DNA of 41,540 nucleotides from Sphaeroforma arctica JP610 (Eukaryota): NCBI RefSeq assembly GCF_001186125.1, contig NW_014039943.1, positions 6,671 to 48,210 of the forward strand, read 5' to 3'. Shown piece by piece: positions 33,429 to 41,540 of this stretch (position 1 is its first letter; each line of letters starts with the position of its first letter). The notes under the pieces were generated by a model. It saw only the letters and a program-made list of their open reading frames with translations, ran no database searches and was not told where the DNA came from. The position numbers and the translations under genes were made by a program.

Positions 33429-33989
33429 TTACTTGCAGCAATGAGAAGTACCACATTTGATTGAAGCATAGTGACCACATTTGTTAGTGTACCGGCAGCA
33501 TTCAGCGTCGTACTTGTAACCATGTTTGCACTTGTCAGATGATATATCTCCACACTTATAGTAATTACCTGTAGGATCGTGTGGGCCCGATGGTTTGCGC
33601 TTCTCACAACAAGTGTGTGAATTACGGTCAGGTAGCCCCGGTTGGCAGTCATATCCCTTTGCACAGCACTTCTAACAGTCCAATAACTCAAATCCGTGAC
33701 CGCTGTAAACGTCCGCATCTCTGCATTTTTTGGGTTCGTCGTAATGCTTCTTTCCACAGCATGAGCGTTTGCTACATTCAGGAACCCATGACTCACAGTA
33801 GTCCCCCTTGCCACAGCATTTTTCCCGTGTAATGAGCTCATGGTGGCGATCGCAATCAATATAAGCCTCTTTGCAAGCAATAGGGTCGTCGTAGCGAACA
33901 CTGTTCTTGTGGCTGCTGGCACATACTTGAAAGTCGAGGACTGTAAGACTTGCGACGGCAAGTGCAAGGGAACGGCTGATAGCTGACAT
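33429..33989 (-). pseudogene. Small secreted cysteine-rich repeat protein interrupted by an in-frame TAG (33674-33672)
   Basis: Signal-peptide-like MSAISRSLALAVASLTVLDFQVCAS. The frame stays open for 80 codons past the TAG (KCCAKGYDCQPGLPDRNSHTCCEKR...GTSHCCK*) and completes three C..C..CC..C..C..CC modules. Confidence 0.75.
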
Positions 33990-34213
33990 ATTGTTGATTG
34001 TTCGCTAGTGCTGTTGTGTGTAATCTGTTCAATGTTGTCACATGTACACTGTGTTTATATTAATCCTTAAGATATAGAGTTCCGACAGGGATGACTTCCA
34101 CTTGAAGGCTTCGAGTGTATTTGTCAATTTGAATGACATATTTCAGATTATTTATGCAAGCCCTCCTTCTTCATGCAATTGACAGATCTTGCCTGCTCAA
34201 CTTGGAACAACTC

Positions 34214-34707
34214 TGTAATGTCAAGCATGTTACCTCCGATTTAAAACAATGTTGGTGTTGTAAGTACCGAACTGTTCGGTAATGTTCCTGGGCGTTAATA
34301 GGAGTGCGAGAACTTCTAAGTGTGGGCGATAACTTATAAGTGTGAAAACTAATAAGTTTGAAAAGTTCTAAATTGTATTGTGCGGTTTGTTGACGAACGG
34401 CCGCGCAGGCTCGAAAGAAGAGGAGGTTGGTGTATGATTGGTGCTTTGCGAACAGAAGTGCGGGGTAATATGAGCTGGAGGTTGGCAGATAACGATATAT
34501 GTTGAATAGACTTGTAGGCTCGAAATTGAGTAGATACACGATTTGATTGGCGGCAGGATTCTCAAGGAAATCCTTCGGAGATAGTATAAATACGTGGTTT
34601 AGTTCATTCCAGACGTTCATTCTACTAAGGTAGACGTTTATTCAACTATCGAGGAAATAAAACTAGGTTCACCGTTACATTGTGTTTTGAGTCGATCTAA
34701 GATTACA
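34214..34707 (+). repeat. 5' LTR (494 bp)
   Basis: Starts TGTAATG and ends GATTACA; TATAAATA at 34585 and AATAAA at 34656; matches 39729-40105. Confidence 0.95.
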
Positions 34708-34717
34708 AATAAACGTT
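34708..34717 (+). promoter_or_regulatory. Primer-binding-site position, complementary to LTR 34633-34642 (candidate self-priming PBS)
   Basis: AATAAACGT directly after the LTR is the exact reverse complement of ACGTTTATT (34634-34642). There is no TGG immediately after the LTR. Confidence 0.6.
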
Positions 34718-34718
34718 A

Positions 34719-36032
34719 GTGGAAAATGGTTTACGAGAAGGATATTGCAGCTGGGACTGGGCAACCTCTCTGGAGATATGTGAGAGGGAAGCCGATGACG
34801 ACACTTATGGATCGACTTATGAGCTCGAGGCGAAGAAAGGAGGGTCCCGCCCAGCGATGGCTCTTTTGAAGGAGGTTACACCGGAGACGAAGTCGGAACT
34901 AGAGGGCTATATTAGCAAGACTGTTATTGAGATGAAGGATATGTACATCGCGGCTGCAGCATTGTATCAAGCGTTTAAGGACCCATTTGAAGTGAGTGGA
35001 ACCCAGGCGGATTTTGTGAAGGCAATAGGAGGGTGGGGATCCAAGCCTGAAAAAGTTATTGAGAATCTTCGTGAGATTTATTATTATTTATAACTTAACT
35101 CCTTTAAAATAATTAATATTATCCCTATGGTGCTCGGCATGTTGCGGCGAAAGCTGAAGCAAAGAAAGTGCTCCCAGAACGGGATACATTTACTGAGGTG
35201 CCTTCTGAGGACGAACAGAGCGAAAGTGAGACTGAGGAGGAAGTCGCTAAGGACAGTGACATCAGTGATAACAGCGGAAGTAGCGACAGTGAGGATGAGG
35301 ATGTTAAGAAGAAGAAAGGAGTGCCTGCAGTGAAGGTTGCTACAGTAGGGAAGAAGGCTGATGTATCAGACAAGCCAAGGACAGCAGCTAAGTTGAAGAT
35401 AGAGGCTAGGCAGAAACGGCGTGAGTATGATGATTTGTGCAAGGTGATTCGTAGGAATGCTAAGAAAGCGAATCAGCATGGGGCACGCTGGATGGTTCCT
35501 ATGCTGAGGGATGATGACTATGTGGAAACGCTGCTTAAATTGGCAAATAATGTGAGCTCTAAGGATGTAATGATGGAGGGTTTAAAAGAATTGACTGTGC
35601 GGTGTATAAGTCTGTTGAAAGCCTTATTTGCGAGTCGCAAATCGGATTTTTGAGGCAGGAGGGTTAAGGCAGGTGCTGGAGCAATTGTCTGAGATGAGAG
35701 AAGACGACATAGTGCGTCAAGAAGAGAGGGAACAAGCGGGCCGGAGACATCAGGCGAGGGTAGCCGCGAGAGCAGGACAGATGCAAGCAGCAGCAGCTAG
35801 ACAGGAGTCCAGGGTTTCAGGGGTGACAGGTCTGAGAGGGGCGTGCTTATATTGCAAGCAGGATGGTCACTATATGAAAGAGTGTCCTGTGTTGAAAGAC
35901 GTGGTGTGTCATACGTGTAGCAAGAGAGATCATATTGCGAGATTCTGTCCTACAACACGATCCGGGGGTAATATATGGGCAGCAGCGTCTGGGGAGGTGC
36001 GTATGAGTACAGATGGGACACCTGAATTGTGA
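34719..36032 (+). pseudogene. gag: Disrupted retrotransposon gag with two CCHC zinc knuckles
   Basis: ORF pieces 34719-35093, 35126-35653 and 35628-36032; knuckles CLYCKQDGHYMKEC and CHTCSKRDHIARFC; broken by a 47-nt insert and a frameshift. Confidence 0.85.
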
Positions 36033-39000
36033 CATGCGGCGGCGGCTAGTTAAGAAGGACCAGGCCAACCGTTGATCTGTACTTATGTGGAGAGTGAACA
36101 GTGTTATGTCGATATGTTTGTTGATTAAGGCGCCGATATGTCGATGATTTCTAAGGGTTTGGCAGAGCGTCTAAGGCTGGTTGCTCAGTATGATTTGTGT
36201 GGAGAGTGGGCTACGGGATTTGGTGCTCCGCTTTATGTGGAATACAAGGTGCGAGATGTTGAGGTTGTTTTGCCTACTTAAGTAGGAGAAAGGAGGGCTT
36301 AGTTCGATATGTGGCTTATGGATTGGATTCCACACAATGTGGGTATGTTGTTAGGTAGACGTGAATTGAATGGGTATGGATTAACTGGGGCAGTACTCAC
36401 TAGGCAAGGGGTGACTAAGTATACATTGTTTCCGGTTGAGGTGGTGAGAGAGAAGTCATCAGACCTTAAGACCTGGCTGAACAAAGAGGCGTCTGAGCCG
36501 GTGTTAGATTGTATTCAGCATGTGGCGGCGCCGTTATTATATCAGCGAGCAGAACAGGTAACACCATTTGATAATATCCAAGATGATGGGGGTTATGATT
36601 CAGGCTATGAAATTGATCGATCTGGGGGTGAGGACAATTATCTAATGTTCGATACGAGTGGCTTGGAACTGTTAGCTGAAAAACTGGGGAAGTCTATGAA
36701 AGAATTGGCAGAGTAGGTGGCGGCTATTAGGAGGGTGGCATACAATGACAAGAGATCAAAGTTTGTGAAGGATTGGATGCTTAAGCTTCAGATCAAAGAA
36801 GGAGAGACGCCTTTGAGATAAGTATATGCGGAGAAAGATGTGCGACTTATAGAAGTGATGAAGAAGAAGGTGCAACTATTGCTTGAAACTGGGCTGATAG
36901 AGAGGCTGCAAGATAGTTATGAGGAACTCAAGGATTGGAGGATGTGCATAAATTATATGCGTACGAATTATCAGCTAAATTCGGGTAATACCAACAGAGG
37001 ATGAATTTTCGGCAACAGTTAAGGGGCGCAAGTGGAGAACCAATGTGGATGCTGGAAATGGTTTTGGGCAGTTAATGATAGAGCCTGATAGTCGAGGGGT
37101 ACTGCATTTTTGACGCCCTGGGGAGAGAGATTCCAATTTATTGGGATGCCGTTTGGTTTGAAGGAAGCATCATTTGTGTTCCAACAACTAATGGATAAGA
37201 CATTGGATAGAATTAATGAAATTAAGACGTACAATGATGATACCGCGTTAGGTTCGGATGATTCAGCTGAGCATTGGGATGGTATTGTGGAGATGATCAG
37301 GCGCTTTGAGGCGAAAGTGATACAGTTGCGGCTGTCAAAAAGTAATTTCGCGTATTGAGAAGATCCTATAGTCGTGATGGGTCGAGAGGTTACAGATAAG
37401 GGTTCGATGATAAGTGAAGTAAAGCTTCAGGCGTTATTAGATATGACTAGGCCTGAAACCAAGGCCGAAGTTAGATCGTGGTATCAGTGTTTTGGATGGT
37501 GGGCTAGATACATTCCGAATTTCTCAAATGTGTTGGCTCCGATTAGTGATTTGACTAAGAAGAAGATACGGTTCCAGTGGGGTCCTGAGCAGGAGAAGGC
37601 TTTTCAGTCGGCTCGGAAGATTTTGCAGGCGAAGAAAGTCTTGGTAGAACCTAGACAAGAGTAGCAACTTAGGTTGCAGACCGATGCGGCGGATTCGGGT
37701 ATAGGTGTTTGTTTATGTGCGAGACGAGATGGAGAATGGCTTCCTGTGGGCTTTGCGAGCTCCAAGATAAATTTCCATGCCAATTTGTCTCCGACAGATA
37801 GAGAATTGATAGCGCTAGCATATGGGTTTTTGAAGTTCGCGGGTTTGTTTCGGAGATTGTACGGGATGCTTATAGTAGAGATGGATCATCAGCCTTTAAT
37901 TGGTGTGGTTCAGCAGGTAGAGTTCACGTCGGATCCAGTGGGTAAGAGACGGTACAGGAATGTTATATATGTACGATTGATTGATATGGATCTACGGTAC
38001 CTGGAAGGGCCAAAGAACAAAGTTACGGATGGACTTAGTCGTATGACGTGGTGGTTTGATCCTATTATAGTGCCTGTGTCGGTAGAGGGTGTTAAGTTCT
38101 TCGCTGCATGTGCAAAAATGGGTCTGCCAGAGATTGATGAAGATGTGGATTTGTCATTTGATAAAGCCTGCAAGAGTGTGGAAGACAGGAGGGTCCGGCT
38201 GGCGGTGGTTAAAGAGAAGATGCGAGTGTTAGAGGAGAGTCTTGATAACAAGGTCAGTGCCGACTTCCCGGTTAGTGTGGGGTTTTTCCAACAGCAGGTT
38301 ACTGCAGTGATGAAGAGAGGTATTACTAAGATGTGGGATCCGGATGTAATGGCTAGCAAACAGCTCTAGTGTATTGGTCTAAGTGTATGGTCAGAACTTG
38401 TTCAACCTTTGTAAGAGTACGTTATTACGCTGGTACATCAGACTTTAGCGTATGCTGGGGTAGATAGGATACGGGAATTCCTGAAAGCTAAGTATGGAGA
38501 GTAAGTGTTGCGTGTCAACAAGTTGAGGGGCTTTGTGGGACTACAGGGTCGTTAATACAGCCTGAGAGGCCGAAAGGGGTTGCAGTGTGTATAGGCATAA
38601 ATCATTTGACCTTGCCAAGGACAGTTCACGGTTTTGAAGGTATAGTAGTGACCATAAATCATTTTTTGAGGACGGTGTGGTGTCGGCCTTACACGTTGGA
38701 AGAGAAGAACACTAAAGGGGTATTAGAGTTTGTTCAAAAACAAGTGTTGCCTTGGGGCACACCTAAGAAGGTAGTGATGGATGAGGGTGGTCCTTTCGCT
38801 TCAGTAGATATGAAAAGTTTCTGGACAGAGAGAGGTTCAAAATGCAATTACGTATCAGTAAATAGCCATCAGGGCAATGGTAGGGCAGAGAGGGTCTTGC
38901 GTACGATTGCGGATTGGCTTGCTAAGAGCTTGCCGGTTGGGGAGGAAACCTTATGGCCAGCATATATATATTTAGTTATGTTGGCGTACAATGCGACAGT

Positions 39001-39708
39001 GAATTAGGCCACGGGTATCAGCTCATACTATCATGTTACTGGTCGGCATTATACGGGGCAGGTTGATAGAGTAATTCAGGCAAAGTTGTTACAGGTGATA
39101 GGTTCTGAGCTTTTGAGTGAAGCTGCTATGCGGGATAGATTGGTGGCCATTAGAGATGAAGTAGCAAAAAAGGCGCAGGCAAAGGTGGCAGACAAGAATA
39201 GAAAAGAGGCACCAGATTGGCAGCCGGGGCAGTTGGTTTGATATACTGGTAGGTCGAAGGATAGTAAGTTGGCAAAAACCTATTTAGTGAAAGGTACGAT
39301 TGTTATGAGGAAACGCTTACAAGGGATGTACAAGGTATACATGGGGATCAGCTTAAGATGCGTAGGAGAGAAGATTTTTTGATCTGAGTCTACAATTATA
39401 CTGGTGAAGGGGCAGTTAGTGTTACAGAACTTGATGAAATGGTGGCAGTAATGCGATCAACAAAGATGGGGAGGACTTGGCTATATGCCATGAATTCAAC
39501 TTTTGGTATATATGTTGATATGATAGTCGATGCGGCGAAACGAGGTGAGAGTAATGGCGTGGTAGAAGATACTTTGGATTTGGCTATGAATCATCACTTC
39601 AATAATAACAGGTGGAACAAGTTACAGATGTTCTTCCAGGTTGCGAGGGATCCGATTTTGCGGCAGAAACAGTTGAATAAAAGGTTGAATGAACGAACTC
39701 GACACTAA
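36033..39708 (+). pseudogene. pol: Disrupted retrotransposon pol (aspartic protease, reverse transcriptase, RNase H, integrase)
   Basis: PR: FVD*GADMSMIS (36123). RT: WRMCINY, TAFLTPWG..MPFGLKEA, YNDD (37230). RNase H: LQTDAA..PVGFAS..DRELIAL..DHQPL. IN: CVACQ, VVMDEGGPF, HQGNGRAERVLRTI. Many stop codons and frameshifts. Confidence 0.92.
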
Positions 39709-39721
39709 TATCTTGTTCATT

Positions 39722-39728
39722 GGGGAGG
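39722..39728 (+). promoter_or_regulatory. Polypurine tract (short)
   Basis: GGGGAGG immediately 5' of the 3' LTR TG. Confidence 0.7.
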
Positions 39729-40105
39729 TGTAATGTCAACCATATTTACCTCCGATTTAAAAACAAAGTTGGTGTTGTAAGTACCGAACTGTTCGGTAAT
39801 GTTCCTGGGCGATAATAAGAGTGCGAGAACTTCTAAGTGTGGGCGATAACTTATAAGTGTGAAAACTAATAAGTTTGAAAAGTTCTAAGTTGTATTGTGC
39901 GGTTTGTTGACTTGTAGGCTCGAAATTGAGTAGATACACGATTTGATTGGCGGCAGGATTCTCAAGGAAATCCTTCGGAGATAGTATAAATACGTGGTTT
40001 AGTTCATTCAAGAAGTTCATTCTGCTAAGGTAGACGTTTGTTCAACTATCGAGGAAATAAAACTAGGTTCACCGTTACTTTGTGTTTTGAGGATCTAAGA
40101 TTACA
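39729..40105 (+). repeat. 3' LTR (377 bp; lacks 117 bp present in the 5' LTR)
   Basis: TGTAATG...GATTACA followed by TSD ACTC; collinear with the 5' LTR except for 34395-34511. Confidence 0.95.
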
Positions 40106-41540
40106 ACTCTTTTTTGTCATCCATGTAAGTGTAACTAAATGCACAACAATAGTATGTATTTTTTGAAAAGGAATATTATGTAATATGTATGACGTAAGGC
40201 TCGAATAGCACTAGGAAAAGTGTCTATGTATGTCTTTTTTTACGAAAGATTTTTATACATAACAATATATATTATTATCTAAATACTGGTCCAAAAACTA
40301 AAAGGCAATAATTGTAATAAAATAAATAAATACAACAGTTGCACAGCAGCACTTTATTTTGTTTTGAAATTAAAATTGACAGAAAAGCAATTTGATTTTT
40401 AGGGGTTTTCCGTTTTCAATCCTAATATTGCTATTATTTTTGCTTTTTGTTTTTTAATAAAGAAACATTTTGTTAAAATATACAAATTCTGAAATCTAAA
40501 ATTCTTTACTCTCTACTAGTAGATTGTGAGCCGTGAGGTGACCGATCGGCGATATACAGTACATAGTACATACATAGTTATTATATATATTTACACTTAC
40601 AGTCTGTTAAGTACAGTCAGTCACAGAACTCAGTGAACTGAAAGTGAAAACGGAAAACCTCTTTGATAAAATGATAAAAGGTTAAAAATATGTATATATG
40701 ACGTAAATACATACATTTTGTATGAAGCCGCGTCATTTTAAAATTGTTTAGTAAAAACAACAAAAATAAACAAACATACATAAATGAGTAATTGAGAAGG
40801 CTGTGCATAAATACAGTTTTGTATTTATAGCTATTTTTACATATTTAAAAAAAATCCATATTTAAAAAAAAACCAATATTTACAACCCGTTATATAAATC
40901 GAGATATATATACGTTTACGTTAAACCTTTATTCCTATGTGGTCCTTAGGATGCCGATAGGTGCATTTTTCATGTTTAAACATATAAACGTGTGTACCGC
41001 TTTCACCATACGAACTAGTCCTAAAAACCACTTAGGTAGGCCCTTCTGATCACATTATAGCCGTTATAGCGTTATTAAAAATTGAATAAATATGCGTTTA
41101 CGTTCAACTGCTATTCCGTAACCTCATATCGTAATGAGCTTAGCCTATTTACCAGTAGCCAGCCACATCCAGTAGCTACCACAAAAGTAACGTTACTACG
41201 TCTGTGGTATATCATATATGATATGGCCAACAGCTACACATGATCTGATACAAACTTCAAGCAAGAGAAGGATATCCAATTTAAACCGCAATGTCTGCGG
41301 AACTGCCGCAGTGGTGAGTTATACGGTTGATGGTGCCGAAGTCACTATGTTTCACCAATTCAACACAATGAGTGTCTGTGTTGCGTTGTATTCAGTGCAC
41401 CTCACACAAAAATACTGCAATCGGACTCATTCTCGGACTCATTCTTACATACAATTGTATTTTATTTGCTATGTCTCGCGGGAACGATACTAAATGTATT
41501 GATACGACAATACGGTTATTTACAAAAAACTACAAACGCA

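Larger units (their letters stand above)
34214..40105 (+). mobile_element. Ty3/Gypsy LTR retrotransposon, full length but inactivated
   Basis: Two direct LTRs with TGTAAT...ATTACA termini, 4-bp TSD ACTC (34210-34213 and 40106-40109), a PPT before the 3' LTR, and internal order gag(2xCCHC)-PR-RT-RNaseH-IN. Confidence 0.96.

Noticed and set aside
33416..33967. 183-aa uninterrupted minus-strand ORF as the real gene
   Set aside because: It has a non-ATG start and featureless sequence, whereas the overlapping frame has a signal peptide and periodic Cys modules.
10549..33989. Genome-wide stop-codon reassignment (TAG/TGA read as sense)
   Set aside because: Intact genes here end normally in TAG, TGA and TAA, and long exons contain no internal stops; in-frame stops are confined to decaying loci.
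34171..34620. 149-aa minus-strand ORF (and its 87-aa copy at 39757-40020)
   Set aside because: Lies within the LTRs, is altered by the LTR indel, and has no protein-like motif.
34214..40105. RIP-like C>T hypermutation of the retrotransposon
   Set aside because: LTR-LTR differences include about as many transversions as transitions, so no clear RIP signature is visible by eye.

Overview
Intron-rich eukaryotic genomic DNA with GT-AG introns, long (TA)n/(TG)n tracts and assembly Ns. Its style suggests a unicellular holozoan such as an ichthyosporean, which is inference only. Five spliced genes were reconstructed by hand. (1) A ~2246-aa N/Q/H/RE low-complexity protein with one degenerate cyclic-nucleotide-binding domain (+, 994-9858). 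(2) An unknown Trp-rich, probably secreted protein whose signal peptide is cut off by a frameshift (-, ~11132-13660). (3) A 424-aa membrane/coiled-coil protein with a MIEAP-like C-terminus (+, 15933-17432). (4) An 11-exon, 601-aa alpha-D-phosphohexomutase (PGM/PMM) with bacterial-style motifs (-, 18074-24538). (5) A ~986-aa DUF7918-like protein with a disordered tail (+, 27846-31557). After these come a ~94-bp tandem array (32556-33145), a Cys-rich secreted-protein gene with an in-frame TAG (-, 33429-33989), and a full-length but decayed Ty3/Gypsy LTR retrotransposon (34214-40105, ACTC target-site duplication). The most notable signals are the element's primer-binding site, which is complementary to its own LTR (candidate Tf1-type self-priming), intronic minisatellites built from splice signals, and micro-duplication tracts in 5'-flanking intergenic regions. 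No rRNA, tRNA or CRISPR array was seen.
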